Notes: generated from the sequence alone by a model not told the origin. Counted from the first letter of the whole stretch, positions 1 through 14,409 are shown. The stretch: 61,769 nt of DNA, filler included, from Choristocarpus tenellus KU-1152 (GCA_964200185.2; 13 parts of 13 records of this genome joined end to end with filler, not necessarily neighbours in it), one strand, 5' to 3'. Numbers and translations are program-made.

Positions 1-79
1 GGGGTGGGGTTTGGTGTTGGGGGGGGGGGGAGGGGGGGGGGGGGTGGTGTGGGGGGGGGGGGGGGGGGGGGGGGAGGGA

Positions 80-3000
80 TTGTTTTTGAGGTTCTTCTAA
101 GGCCGAGTGAAGACTGCGCGGACTTTGTTGTCCCTCGGTGGAAGGTTTTGGAGGTGAGTTTTTATGGCGTGTTTAGCATGTTTGGGTTGTGTTTCTGTTT
201 TGTGCAAAGTAGGTGTACGTGTGTATATATATATATATGGTCGGGATAATTAACGCCTTCCTTGTTTGTTGTTTTTGCTAATTTGATTGATATTTGCCAC
301 TGAAAACTGACAAAAGACTTCTTTTTTTTGTTAAAGCCATTGTCTGTTGGTCACGCTGAAGTATATTTTATTGTTTATTATTTTTATTTTGTTGTATGAC
401 ATCGTTCTAATCTCTTTTTTTCTCTAATCCTTTTTTTTCCACTTTTGATGAAACGCCTCCGGCCAACCTGACAAGCCATCTGCATCTATCTGCTATGTTT
501 TTTACTGGGGCTTGTTGATTAGCTTGATTGATTTAATTAGTTTGATTTGATTGATTCGATTAATTTCATTGATTTATCTAATCAATTTGATGAATACATG
601 CAATGTTACTGTGTTGAATGATGATATGTTTGTGTAGGCCATGAGGGAGGGCTTCCAGGCAGGAGATGTGATCAGCATGTGCTTTGATAACAGTGAACCC
701 TACCGGGGTTCTGTGATGAAGTCCACATTCCCACCACCACCTCTTCCCAATGGGAAGGAAGGCGTTGCTTCTGGGGGGAGGGGGTCTAGTAGTAGCAAGG
801 GAGGCAGTCCTTTGGGGTCAGTCTCACCTAGAGGGGATGCCTTGCCTGAATGGGAAGGCATTACTGTGCAGTGGGATGATGGGGGCGAGGTGATGAACAG
901 CTATATACACTTATATATATATGTATATATATGATGATTGTGGTTGAATGTGTGCTTGTGCTTGTGTGTGTGTGTGTGTGAGTGTGTTATTTGGCATTTT
1001 TATAGCAGTCCTGAGTTGATGTGATGACCCTTAGCTTGTCCATGTTCTGGGAGAGCCAGGGATTCTTACTTGAGCCTCCTAGAAGACTTTTTGTGCCTTC
1101 AGAGTTTTTTTAATCTTTTTTGCCTTCAATTGTCCTTTAACCTTCAAAGCTGTGTTGTCAGTTTGGGTACCTTGAAAGGTTGGGTGTTAGTTGCCCTCGT
1201 ATCTATACAGTGAGAATAATGCCTCCCATTGTCAACACTTGATGTTATGTTGTTGCCAAGGTGTGTATGTCACTTGTTTGTTTTTTTCAAGGTGTGTCTT
1301 CTATACAGCGTAGGTTACACGCCCTTTTTTTTTACCCTAACCCTTAAAATCTGTAACAACAACAAAAATAAAATGTTTCATTTTGATTAATTAATTTGTT
1401 ATTTAAAAAAAAAAAAAAGAAAAAAAAGAGAAAGCCCGGGGGGGCCCCCAAAAAAAAAAAGATCCGCCAACGCCTTCATCTAAGCGGAAAAGGATTAAAA
1501 CAAAGGCTGCCGCAGCAGCTGTAGCATCTAAAGCAATGTTGCAGGAGCGGTCTGGGGCAAGGAAAGAGCAACCGGGTGACTCAAAATTGTCGTCAGTAGG
1601 GGGTTCATTGTGGACGCCTGATCAGGTGAGGAGCATCACATGGGGGGGGGGAGGGCAGGGACATTTCTTTTCAAGTTGATGTCCATGTGCTTGTCAGTGT
1701 GAAGGAGAGGGTATATGGTTAATTGGTATATGGTTAAAATAGTTGAATTATCGCTGACGATGTAGGTGCATGTTTTTTTTTTAATGTGAGGGTATTTTTG
1801 TTGGTGTGTTTGGTATTATCGGATGAGTACTAATGAATACTAATGAGTACTAATGAATACTAATGAGTACTAATGAATACTAATGAATACTAATGCTTAG
1901 GAAAGCTAGTCATTATGAATACAAATGAGTACTAATGAATACTAATGAGTACTAATGAATACTAATGAATACTAATGCTTAGGAAAGCTAGTCATTATGA
2001 ATACAAATGTAGGTTTTGTGTGGTTATTGTTTATTATTATTTTATTGGTTCTATGAGGGTGCAGACATTGCCAGCACATGCATACATACATACATACATA
2101 CATACAGATTCGACTTCTTACTTCTCCTGCTTGGAGAGTATTAAATACCCTCCCGGTGGAGTCTATAATAATGTAACAATTGAAGCCTGCACCTCAGTCA
2201 GTTGATATTTCCCCTCTTCCCTCTCTGTGTACACTTGGCTGATGAATAACCCTAACCCTATCTATCTATCTATATATATATTTCTATATATATCTATATA
2301 TATATGCATAATTGGATGCTCCCCCTTCCCCTATGATGTATTGTTGTATATACGTGCAGTCCTCATCTGTGCTAGTGGGGTTGGAAAAGCTGTTCCGCCA
2401 GGAGCCAGCACTTTTTGAGGGCTTTTTTGAGATAGTCACTGATGACATCGCTCCTGGGTATAGTGAGGTGCGATTTTGATTGGTTGATGTTAGGGTTAGG
2501 GTGTTTAGGACTAGAGTTGTGTTTTGTGAGGTTTGTATGATTTTTGCTGGTTGTTGTGAAGGTGTATTTTTTCATATTGGAAGTTGTCATTGGTCAGCTT
2601 GTTGTTTGATTTTTTTTATGGAGTTAGTGCAGGGGATTTTGCTTCCCTGTTCCAAAGCGTGATGTTGATGTTGAGGTTTTGTTGCATGGATGAGTTTTTA
2701 AATGGCACGAAGTGGAGGGGTTTCTTGGAAAAAGTGTGCTGGATTTTATTTGGTTGTTGCTTTAAGTCTTGTTTTAGTTGTTTTTATTTTTATTTGATCT
2801 GTGATGACATTTGTTGTGTGTTTTTTCTAGTGTTTCCATTCAGTGATAATAAATTATTTTATTTTTCATTTGCATGTATGTATGAAATTGATGGCTTGTG
2901 AAAGGAATAGTGTTAGGGAGGAAAATCTCACCACCGAATCCAGGGTATGAACCATTGCGTGAGAGAGAGAGCGATCATACCCCTCTATCCGGTGGCATAG

Positions 3001-3437
3001 TTATGAATCTTCAATACTGTTAGCTCTAAATTTTTTTTAGGTATCCTCACAGGTAAAGGGCGTGATATCTCTACCCTTGATTTGATTTCAATATGCTACC
3101 AATCTCAAGGTCAATTTACAAACCTCGTACACCTTCATCATGTCACCGGTCTCGGACTTCCATGAGCTAGCCGCATACATACCTCCTCTCCCCCCCCCCA
3201 ACATGCAACTGAACAATAATTCTGGTACCTGTCCTCTCACCTGTGTGTGTGTATGTGTTGTGTGCATGTGCTGTTGTTGTCCATCTCTACTGTAACCCTT
3301 CAGGAGATTGCTCTGCCGATGCACCTGTCGTTGATCATGGACCGTCTTCGATTGGGTTACTACAGGTCCTGCTTGGCGGTTTTGGCTGACCTGAGACTGC
3401 TGGGGTCCAACTGCTGCGTTTACAACCCTGCTTCTAG
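80..3437 (+). CDS. BRWD/PHIP-like bromodomain protein, partial multi-exon (exons ~80-153, 638-889, ~1461-1625, 2360-2467, 3304-3437)
   Basis: GT-AG bounded exons. LPEWEGITVQWDDG resembles the BRWD/PHIP ancillary domain. The spliced segment FFEIVTDDIAPGYSE|EIALPMHLSLIMDRLRLGYYRS...DLRLLGSNCCVYN is a bromodomain. Both ends are cut by contig edges. Confidence 0.75.
1823..2010. repeat. Intronic 10-bp minisatellite (ATGA[G/A]TACTA)n with a higher-order duplication
   Basis: Runs of atgagtacta/atgaatacta units, each run ending in gcttaggaaagctagtcattatgaatacaaat, which occurs twice. Confidence 0.9.
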
Positions 3438-3553
3438 GTGTGTGGAGTGTTTTGTTTCTTTTGTTTCTCGGGGGGGGGGGGGGGGGGGGGGGGGGAAGAG
3501 GCGGTTGGGGTGACGTTATAGTCTTTGTAATTTGTTACCATTGTGTTGATAGT

Positions 3554-3653
3554 NNNNNNNNNNNNNNNNNNNNNNNNNNNNNNNNNNNNNNNNNNNNTTA
3601 ATTAATTAANNNNNNNNNNNNNNNNNNNNNNNNNNNNNNNNNNNNNNNNNNNN
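3554..3653. other. Artificial contig linker N-TTAATTAATTAA-N (also at 6497, 9323, 14432, 18030, 21183, 24727, 30242, 39424, 47648, 54355, 58585)
   Basis: Identical 100-bp cassette with stops in all six frames, flanked by Ns, repeated 12 times. Confidence 0.98.
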
Positions 3654-6205
3654 GGAATATAGAGGGATTGCTCGTTGCTTTAAAAAAAAAAAAACTAAAC
3701 GGATGGCGAGGCTGTAGCTGGCGAATCAGACTGCTCCGTTTTGAAACTGAAAAGAAGAAGAAAAAAGTAACTGAAAAAAAGTAAAGGAGAGAGAGAGGGG
3801 TTCCCATGTCTTCGTTCGTTTTTTTTTCCATTTCTAAACCATTTTTTATCCTTCTTTTGCATATTCATTCACACTGTCCACGTTTTTTTCGGGTTTTTTT
3901 TTCATTTTTAAACCGCGTTTCTGTTGACGGATTTCTATGTTTTGACTTGTTCTTGATAGGTTTGATTCCTCCCTTTGGTTGGAATTTTTGTTGGAAAGGA
4001 TCAAGAAAGTATGTCCTATATATGAACGCATTAAAAAAATAAATAAATAAATAATAATAATAATAATAATTTTGAACATTTGTTTTTACCGTCCTTGAAA
4101 ATCAACTCTCCTGGGGGTACACCTCTGGTTTACTTCGACTCACTCTGTGTTCCCATCGGGTCAGCTGTGTTCTAGAAAATCGTTGGTTGGGTAACTGGGT
4201 CTCTTTTGTCGGTGAGATCTGACGCACAAAAAGGGGTAGCATTTGTGAGTTCTGGTTTTGCAGCTTACGCCAATGCTGCTGCCAGTGTCGATTTTTTTTT
4301 TTGTAAGAATCTCTTGTGTGGTTGTTTGTGTCCTTTGGGGTGGAATGTATTGATAGCTCCTCTTATAACCCTAACCCTATGGTACATACCGACTATCTTA
4401 GGTTGGTGATGGAAGATGCATACGCCATGTCATGCATGTATGTCTATGTGTGTATGCATTTATGTATGTATGTATGTACCTCTAGGTGTTTTCCCTTTGA
4501 GTGCTTTTATTTCTACCTGTTAGTGTGACAGTATTTTGAGGGTGTCGATTACTTGTTCATGAAGAACTTGAGCTCTATATTTCGTGGGGAGTTTTTTTTT
4601 AATGTCAACTGTACTGAACAAGCACGTTCGTTGAACATTACTTCCTCCAAAAACGGTTTTTATATCAAATACTCCACATGCATTACATATTTGTTTTGTT
4701 TTATTGTATTTCCTTGACAGCAATGAGTACATGATTAGTAATGTTTGAACTTCAGAGGTGATACTGGTGCGTGTGAGACAAGACAAAAGCACATCGTTTG
4801 CCTGACGTTTAGTGACTCATCTCACCTTTTACTTCACAACTCTGAGGAAATTGGAATATTGCTGCATTGTGTGTGTGTGAATGTGTATTTCTCTTGGGGG
4901 GGAGTAGAAATGTTTTGTATTGATGAAGGAGCTATCATGCTGTTGAAGGCAGTAGGGATCTGGTTGGTGTTGGAGGAGTGGGACTACACGGCAGAACTAC
5001 GAACTGAACCTTTTTGTTGAATGTTCTTGAATGTTTGAAAGTCAACTAGATCGACGGTAACGATCCTTGAAGACTGTGTACTCAGTAGAGAGAGGAATCA
5101 TCTACACTTGCTATTTCATTCGTTGACATACCTACTGACATTGTGGTCTTTCTTACTTTTGTACCTGAGGTAGATAGATAGAGAGAGAGAGAGAGTGAGT
5201 GAGTGAGTGACATAGAGATGTGTTGTAGATTTTTTTTGTTAGTGTGGGTATGATGCGAGTTGGAGCATTACATGGAGTATTGAACCTTGTTGATTCAACG
5301 TGGTGAATGTGCAGGTGTTCTTTTCCTTGAGACGTTTCATCTATGCTCTGTACATTTGATGCAAGTATGTTGAGTTGAATAAGTCGTCCTAAGAATGGTG
5401 TCCTTTCTTAGTCGATCTCTGGTGTTTGAATGCACTGTCTGGCTCGTTCTAGTGGTTCACTGAATCAATTCAATTCAATTCAATTCCAGACAGTAATTGT
5501 GTATTGCTTCAGCGGTTCACTATAGATCTACAAGAAGATTGCCCTCACTCCATCTCCATAGGTTCGGATTTAGATATATATTTTTCCTTTTTTTTCCATT
5601 GGTTCATTTTTTATTCCGTACGAAAGTCCTGAACTCATTACACTGTTTTAAAGGTCATTTGTTGAGGTTAACAAGGAGGAGCCATAACTCAAAAAGTGTT
5701 CACATGTGCTATGTACATATCATGCTTGCTTTTGAGGAATGCAGTTTGTATCCCAGGGGATAGGACTACTTTTTGGCAGTGCCAGGGAGGGTTTCAAGAT
5801 AATATCTTGAATTGGACCTTCCGTCCCCCTATCTCCACTAGCAACCCCTCCCATGTAGAGTCATTAGTCTGCCATCCATCCAACCATCCAACCCTAAGCA
5901 AGAACCTTTTTTCTTGTGAAGTTGTTGACCAAAATTTTACAGAATCTATTTTGTACTCTCACTACACACACACACACATACACACACACTTTCTGTGAGT
6001 CCTGAGGTATGCACTAGACACAAGTACAGTGGTAGGTGAGAAGGTCAGCTTCGTTTTGTCCTGTTCAAAATTGCTGACCACCTTGGTTTGACATATTTTG
6101 GTTTGTTAAAAACTTCTGACTACCTTGGTTCGAGATGACCAGAATGGTTTATGTACGAATTTCCAAGAACAGATGGAGATTCCACTCGTTTTTAGATTTA
6201 TGAAA

Positions 6206-6255
<50 letters not shown>

Positions 6256-6596
6256 AATTATTTTATTTTCCTTTCCACATTAATTCACTAAGAAGAAAAA
6301 AAAACTTGTCTCTCTGCTGCTGAGAGCGCTTGCTCCCTTACCTTAGCCCACGAGAGTCGGATGAGAATTATTTCAATTTTGTGATGCTCTTCAAAACGTT
6401 AATCTTTTGTCCAATATCTCACCCACTCCTGCTGCTGCCTGGGGTTTTTTGCAAAATGGGGGGGGGGGGGGGGGGGGGTTGGGGGGGGGGGGGGGGNNNN
6501 NNNNNNNNNNNNNNNNNNNNNNNNNNNNNNNNNNNNNNNNTTAATTAATTAANNNNNNNNNNNNNNNNNNNNNNNNNNNNNNNNNNNNNNNNNNNN

Positions 6597-8601
6597 CCCC
6601 CCTCTGATGTTCCTGACTGATGTTCACCATTTTCAAGAGATCCAGGAGGAACAACACCTGGCACTGTTCCCAAGGCATGTTCATCTGAAGGACCACCCTG
6701 TGAAACACAGACAGAGTCAGAGCCCACATGACATTCACCTGAAGCACCCATAAGCTCACCCGGACCACTGGCAACAGTTACCCCTATATTGGGGACTGGT
6801 GTTGGTTCTACCTCTCCCAATTCCCTACTTGCCACAGCAGTTGAAACTTGTGCAGCCTCAGTCAAGACCGTATTTGCCTGTACCTCAACCCCTCCCTCTG
6901 CCTCTGTTTCACTCTCCCCAGTTGCTCGTGAGGGAGGCCTTGGTCTATCCCCTTCCGCTGGCAATTCTGAAGGCAGGCTGGTGTAGCACTTGCTGCACCA
7001 TATCCTCAATCCGTCGTGGGTCACATAGTATGTGCCTGTATCAGACATAGAGTTGTCCACAAGCAGCAGCACACCACGATGAACACACAAGGAAGAGGAG
7101 AGCCTAGTTAGTGCATGAACATGTTGGTACATACGTAAGTGTAGGTACGTGTGTATTCATGTCTAGAGTACATACAGGCACATCTCAACTCAAAAAATAT
7201 ACGTTATGTACACATGCCTGATTTCTTACAAATCAACGAAGTACAAGCACCTCCTTTTGCACACCCAAATGTGCAAACACCACAATATTTTCCACATGTG
7301 CTGTTTATCCTAGCCAGGGAGTCCTGATCCAAGGGTTTGGAAGGACAACATTTCTAATGGTAGGATCGTAGGATGGGAGGACGAGAGGGAAAAATCTTGG
7401 AGAGTATGTCTCCGCACATACATGGTTGTACGGTTTGCCTTACGTAACAAAGTAACAGGCACTACAAGATGATGGGCAACAGGGACTGGGAGGGGGGGGG
7501 CATGAGGTGCGAAAACTTAAAAACTACACAGTGTCCAGAATAAAGGAACCTTTGAAATAAACACGCACACATACCACACGTACCATTTTTCACAACCCGC
7601 TTATTGCAATGCTGGCAGAAGATCACTGGTGGCTCCATTTTCAGACACTTCTCTCCACAGAGGGTGCATGTCTGACCCTGGCAGAGCTGACAAGTGTGAT
7701 TCTGCGACTTGGCCCAGCTCTTGCCCAGGTTTTCCACCAGCTTGCAGAAATCAGTCTGCATATGCCATGAATAAAAACAAGTCAACCAGTGGAAGCAAAC
7801 ATAAGACGAGCTAGTAGAGATACGGCATCTATCTTTGATGTTGCAAAGCACACAATACATGCGTGCTCAGGGTCATGCTAATCTTCACTACATTGTTGTA
7901 ATTTTACAGATGAACATACTTCTTTTGTTGCTAACATTTTTTTTTTAGTACGACATGGGGAATAGTGAAGATTGGTATCACAACAACCAACCTCCCCCAA
8001 CCCTGGGTCAGCAGTTTCATGTTGGCATGGTCTTGATTCACCCCAGGAAAGAGATCCCCCTTGCATTAATTTACAGATTGGGAATGCACCAGGTCATACT
8101 TCAACAACAGAAGGAAACAAGGATACCGAGCCTGAATAGATTTCACTGCAGAGGTGAGATAAGATGATAACAAAAGGAAACAAAAGTTGTCCAAGGGTTT
8201 AAAACGTATCCTGCATATTTTAAAATCAAGCAACACGTAACATCTTCCAAATACTGTTGTTGTGCTGCAAGATACAACAACCCTACGGCATTCATAATAA
8301 CAAGGACAACTGATTATTGCCTACACAGCCAAGGAATTCAAAAATGCTTTCAGGATTCAACAACAGGTAACACACCCATTACAGCATAAACAACAGATCA
8401 ACCCTCAACTCTCTAAACAATGCCTCCCCTACCCTTGACTACTCTCACATCAAACTCCTGCAGCAAATGCATTGCAGCCACATGAACAAAATGATGCTCT
8501 GGATTGAATCCAATGGCATTTGTGAACACCAGGCGCACATCCACAGCAAACGCCTCTGGGGTGGTGTAGTACATTGATAGAAGCCGTGCTTTAACAGTGC
8601 C
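6597..8601 (-). CDS. p300/CBP-like histone acetyltransferase, partial (bromodomain exon 8601-8433; Cys-rich exons 7755-7584 and 7035-6597)
   Basis: Bromodomain GTVKARLLSMYYTTPEAFAVDVRLVFTNAIGFNPEHHFVH. It is followed by CTLCGEKCLKMEPPVIFCQHCNKRVVKNG|TYYVTHDGLRIWCSKCY, the Cys-rich region that precedes the KAT11 domain in CBP/HAC proteins. Splice phase is consistent at 7584/7035. The catalytic domain is not in the contig. Confidence 0.78.
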
Positions 8602-9422
8602 CTAACCATTTTTCAGTTCGGAATATTGAGAGGGGGGGGGGGAGGAGGCCAACCACGTAAAGTTGAGTGCATGAATTAGGTTGTGTATGGGAAGTGATTT
8701 TACATATTATCCAGGTGGAGTGAGGCCAATGTCCTACGGGTGGAGCTAAGTGGATGCTGAAGGTTCACAAGGGAGGCAGAGTGATTCAAGTAAGTTACTA
8801 ACTAAAAGAGCAGCAATATGCAATCAACCAGTAGACAAACAAATAATTCGGGTCCAGGGGAGGAGGGAGGAACGTCTGATTGCATTTGTCATCCTATTTC
8901 ACTGCAACGTCATCAGTATTGATATCAGGGTAAGAAGATGCTGAGGGATGGAGGAGACAGCAGGATAGACACCGTTGAACCTTCTCCAACAGAGTCCTAT
9001 CGTTCTTTGTAACACCCGAAGGTGCAAAGGGCGCAGAGGTGCCACAGAAAACAAACAGGACAGGGATCTTCTTGGGGGGTCTTCCATCACATTTCCTTCT
9101 TGATGCAGCACAATCACAGCCGCTACCTCCACTCCACACAATACGCACAAACATATCCTGAAAAAAATAAAATAAACAGGTCTCTTCATCCCATTCCAGA
9201 CAGGAATATAATAAAAACAAACATATTCCTGTCCTCTCAGTAAGCACCGCCCTCCCCCCCTCTCCCAACACCCCCCCCCCACAACATGAGGATAGATTAT
9301 GTTCTGTACTTTCCTTCTCCTANNNNNNNNNNNNNNNNNNNNNNNNNNNNNNNNNNNNNNNNNNNNTTAATTAATTAANNNNNNNNNNNNNNNNNNNNNN
9401 NNNNNNNNNNNNNNNNNNNNNN

Positions 9423-9520
9423 GCATATGTCGGATGGATAATACGAATCCACTTTTCCTGATTTTGGTCCAAATGGACACCCTGGTTTAGAACCCACCCC
9501 CCTCCCAGATACTTTGGGTC
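9423..9520. mobile_element. MITE family B, partial (right half) at contig start
   Basis: Matches the right half of the full copy at 52431-52609 and ends CCCAGATACTTTGGGTC. Confidence 0.85.
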
Positions 9521-10949
9521 ACCAGTTACACCCTGTCGAACAAAGGTGGCATTGTGACGAGAGGGTGTTACAGCATCGAGGTACCTGTGCAAAGATGGTG
9601 GTTACTAACTCCCAGGGTCAGTTGCACTCATAAAGGTTGAGTGACTCTCAAAGCATTGATGTTCAGAATCCTGCAGCTGGAAAAACAGAAGTGAGATGGA
9701 GTGGAGAGGAACTGGTGGATTTGCCAGCAAGATGACCTCGAAAAGTCTCGGATTACTTTCTAGAGATGGAGTACAAGAGTGACAAACCAAAAACGTCGGC
9801 ATGATTGTGTTGTTGACAAAACAAATAGTTTCATGGATGAGTGACATGCCATAGAAGCAGTGATAGCTGATACCCATCATTCTAAAGCAGCACCTAAGGC
9901 AGCCTGACCAGATCAGGGCATGTGTACACTCACCACTGTATGCAAAATGCTGCTTTCCCATTGTTTTGTTTTATTGTTAATCATTCTCGTATTTTCCTCT
10001 TCTTTGTCTGATACATGTGATGAGTGGTGTTGTTCAGATTGGATGGGCCTTCTGTGAGATTTAGTCATATCTCTATTTGCCCACCTTTTCCGTAGGCCAC
10101 GGCAAATTACGGCGATTTGTGACTATATTTTTATGACGTCCTCCTAACCGAGGTCTTTGTCCCAATGTGCTACACCTACCCTCCTTGAACTATCCTTATT
10201 GAGTTTTTTTTGTTGCTTTCTAAATTTACTTCTTCTACTGTATTTTGTATTTTCGTGACCACTACAAAGGATAGTGCTAGTACATAATACCAAATTTTAT
10301 GGTTCGTACTGATTCTTGAAAAATCAGACAAAAGATATCATAAAACCTATTGTTCTCGAAAAGATCTTGCGCAGACTTCCACATAAAATTTATTCGATGT
10401 TACTGAAAAACTACTTCTATTCTGGGAATGAGAGACTTTTTTTTTTTGCGGTCGTCGCTCGCCTCACGTGGTTGTGAAGTTTGTGTCCCCCAACCGACGC
10501 AACATTTCTCCCCTCTACAAAAGGACCTAGTTACTAATAGAATCGAACTTTTTAGTAAGTCCATCACGATGAGGCAATAGTAGTTGGTGTTGAGCTTTTT
10601 CATAGATAGTCTATGATAGAGAGGAATTGTTCTTATTATGATAAGGTTTTCGTAGGATATATTCGTGTGGATTCTTATTAACTACTTTCGATGCGTTTCC
10701 CTTACATATCATGGGATACAAAAAATGTCAGAAAAGCTCTCGGTTGATTATTTAGAGGGACCATCAAGGCTTAATTTGCAACAAACCGTACCTCAGTCGT
10801 CCGTGTGGTTGCTAAGACAAGTGGTATTGTAAATGGGCAACTCCACGAAGGTGTGCAGGCAACAAGGAGGCGGTGCACGAAAGAGATCCCAGACGGCTAA
10901 AAAGAATAACGAAGCCTGCAAGGGCAAGCATGTATCACCAGCAAAAGCA

Positions 10950-13900
10950 GAGTACGTGTGGTTCAAGATGCTAGACGGATGATAGAGGAGGTTTCTGCAA
11001 CTATTGTGCCTGCCATACCTGAACCAGAGTGGGCGACTGCTGACGCTGAGACCATGGTCATGAAACAACAAGTCGAGGTGGAGATTGAATTGAGGGAAGT
11101 GAAAGCAGGGGTGGAGGGCAAAGTCGAGCCTTCACCATGATGGAGGCCACTGAGGCGAAGAAGGAAGAAAACTCGTCAGAGGCTATTGTAACTGAAGTGC
11201 TTCGTTAGGAAGATGAGAGACAAAAGAGGATAGCTGCTGAGAACCGTGAAGCTGACGTCAATCCTGAAGCGGCAAAAAGTATCATCGATGCTCCGAGAGG
11301 CCAGCAGTGACTGAAGAAGAGGTCGCAACATTTGAAGGCGGAGCTCCAAAAGTTAATGGAGGAAAACGACCAGGAAAAACTCAAGAGGTAGAAGATCAAG
11401 GTTTACAATCTCGGGGAGGAGAAAGCATATTTTGTCACAAACCTTGCTTTACCTGTATTTAAGATTGGGCAAACAGACGTTGTCAAGACTCTTCAGGAGG
11501 CGCTGCAGTGCTACGAGGTGATCAGTGGGTCACCTTTCCCAACTTCACCCATTCACCTTGACGTCACCGTTGGACCAGCGATTATTATTCTTTACATAGG
11601 TCTGTATATCACCCAGGCCATTTTGGAGGAAAAGCCTGAGTACGGTATGTCGGTCCAGAGAGGTTGAGGCACAGTTGCGAAGAGAATTTCATGAGTTGTG
11701 CACACAAGCTGAGTCGAATGAGTCACAATCCAGTGGACAGCAGCGAGACAGAACCTCTCACAACCTCGACATGCGTTATCGTAAAGATTGTGCTAAAACC
11801 ATGGAACGCATTCATAAGAAACCCGGAGACCCTGCCAATGGCCCCGTTTTTCTTGGAGTACCAGCAGATAACTCCGCCCCAACCATGTCAAACAACCCCG
11901 TTTTCTTCGCTGATACTCTTACCAAGGCTTTAGGGAGGGTTCAAGGAGGATCGTGGGCCTTACCTAAAGACCATGCTCACTATCGTAATACATCACGTCC
12001 ACGTAGTGATGCCCTTACCCCTTTCCGCATTGAGCTTCTTGAGCAACTACTGTCTGGCTCTCTTAGGACCCACAGTGATCTCCTAAGCGACTCATCTACA
12101 GTGGAAGTCCCGAGCGTCACCGGACAACTCCTTCGACTTCCTCAGGAAGACATGACGACTGCTGAGTGGGTCCATATCCTGGTGAGAGAATGTGCTCTTT
12201 CTTACAGCCAATCGAAAAACACCGTAAAGAATGCAATGATTTCTTTTAAGACAGAGAGAGGGGAATCGTGGAAAGCTGCAGCCAACTGTCTTGTCTTACA
12301 CTATGGAGCGTACACCGTAGATTCGCGATGCCTCATGTCTGCGAGACAACATTCTTTTGGAGGTATATAGCTGAAGACCAACTCATTGATCTATGCGAAC
12401 GAGCTCTTCCTATTCCTCTCTCAATGTTCTAGATCAGATTGGAGTACAGTCGATGGCTTTTTCATTTCGAAAGGAGATTCGGAGTCAAATTCGCCCACTG
12501 GCAATTTCCTATAATAATCCTTTAGGAGGTGAAATAGTACAGCGGGGAATTAAAGCAGAACGGATCTTTGACAATCTAATCGAAGAATTGTCCAATCGTA
12601 GCGACCAGTACGCATTTTTTTCCCAACCAATAAAGATGCTACAAAATCTGCGTCGTACAAAGATAAGACACCTACTGCTCTAGGTAGCATGACTGATGCT
12701 CGTGCTATGTTTGCAAGCATGTCCGACCCCTTGTCTGCCCCAGTTGAAACTCCAATAGGTAGACAGGAACTAGGACTGCCCCAACATAGCAGGACATCCT
12801 TGCCACGAGAGGTGCCAAGTCAGAATCCACCACCAAACCAAGAGGTGGTCAACAGTGTGCTGGCAGCCCTCGCGCCAATGCTCCAACTTGTTTTGTCCCA
12901 AACCCCCTGCCCACTGTCTGTGCTGAGTTGACAAACCAACCTGCTTCTGCTCTTGGGAAACATGGGACGACGTTCGTTCTAAGAGAAATTCATCCGCACT
13001 CGTTCGACCAGCAACACCCGCCACCCAGTCTGTGCCCTGATCCGTCTTCTTTAGCACAGACAGAGAAAGCGACGCAGGTCAACACCATTCGGGTAAGGAT
13101 TTAACTTCACCATCTGCTTCCCAAGATGAGGTTGTCGAGTGACGCAAGGCACATCAAGTTTGCTTCCACCACACTTTCGGTGTCGCGACTGCTTCAAGTC
13201 TATCGGGCGCAGGTGTAGGTATACCCATGACGACTCCATAGTACCTAAGGGTTACTTTGCATATCTTTGCAAAGACAAGCAGACTCCCATTTGCATTACC
13301 TTGCTGAATGCAGGACTTTGAGTTTCTGCCACTATTTGCAGGCAGCCCGACCGATTCTGAAGCACCCGGGTTGCCCTGAAGGTGCGACCTGGAGTCTTCT
13401 GCTCCAGGGGACTTAGTCACTGTAGCCATAGGAAGCATGACCCCCACATCTACCTCGACAATATCCACTATGTCAACTGCCCAACTAACTAGTCAAGTAT
13501 GGCTATCAGCACTGCTGTGGCACCCTCACAAAGTCCGCTCGAGAATGTCTGTACAGATACTCCTTCACAGCTCGTCTGCTTTTTTTGGCGCAGTACTACT
13601 CTCTGGGGAGGTAGCACCGGCCTACCACACCTTAACCAAACAGGTAAAGGTACGTTGCACGCGGCAAATCCGAAAGGATGCAGTATTACACCAATGCAGG
13701 TACTAGGGTCCTGCATACTGCCAATATTGTTTCCCCCAGAGGATAGAGTCCGCAATGTGACATTTGGAGTAGTGGAAGGCTTACCTTACGGGATGGTTCT
13801 AGGAGCAGCATTCTGTAGGCAGCATAAGAGCATACTGTCATTTAGAGAGGGGGAAGGCTTTCGACCCGATCCAAACTCACCATGGATACCTTTTGTTCGA

Positions 13901-14409
13901 GCTGTGACACCCAGATCTCGTGATAACAATGTACACCTGTCAGACCTAGGAGAGTGGCAAGCATCAATGACACCCACAACCCGAACATCCAAGTACCACA
14001 GACTGCCTCTTAAAAACCTCTGATCAGCTGGATGTAGAGAACCCCCTTCTGACGCACTTCCTAGATTCCCAAGATGCACTAGTACCCCAACTGATGGACA
14101 TACGCAACCAGGGGAGGAACATGCAAGTTTTATTTGTAGGCCCAGAAGCAGGCACCTCAGATGTGGATCCAGAGGCAGGTATCGCAACAATAGATCTTAC
14201 TCATGACAAGGATCCTCTGACCCTATCACTGGAGAGTCCAGGTCTAGTTACCCCTCCCAGTAGAGGTAGCGTGTGGGAGGACGATGGGACTCTGCAATGG
14301 GAATAGCGTTTATGCCAGAAGTAGAACATGTAGAAGGTTTGTCAGCAAAGTCTGCAAAGGATTCGTTTAGGGGGCACAACCACAATCCAGACAGTTGGTG
14401 GTGATTGAG
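10950..14409 (+). mobile_element. Decayed Ty3/Gypsy retrotransposon, gag/protease-side portion (copy 1)
   Basis: Broken ORFs including retropepsin-like FGVVEGLPYGMVLGAAF. 13620-14409 aligns closely with 18150-19200, which runs on into Gypsy RT/RNase H. Confidence 0.75.

Noticed and set aside
1-79. Poly-G/poly-C runs giving poly-Gly/Pro ORFs or G-quadruplex candidates (also near 3470, 6460, 21300, 22660, 58690)
   Set aside because: Concentrated at contig ends and gaps; likely low-quality homopolymer sequence.
3554-3653. Regularly recurring TTAATTAATTAA motif
   Set aside because: Artificial six-frame-stop linker between contigs; adjacency across linkers has no biological meaning.
3654-6496. 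Short ORFs in contig 2
   Set aside because: Low-complexity, intron-like sequence with no recognisable domain or supportable exon chain.
10780-10840. Possible Gypsy LTR end and primer-binding site (aca-ag-tggtatt)
   Set aside because: Only ~6 nt resemble a tRNA-Met PBS and there is no second LTR to confirm.
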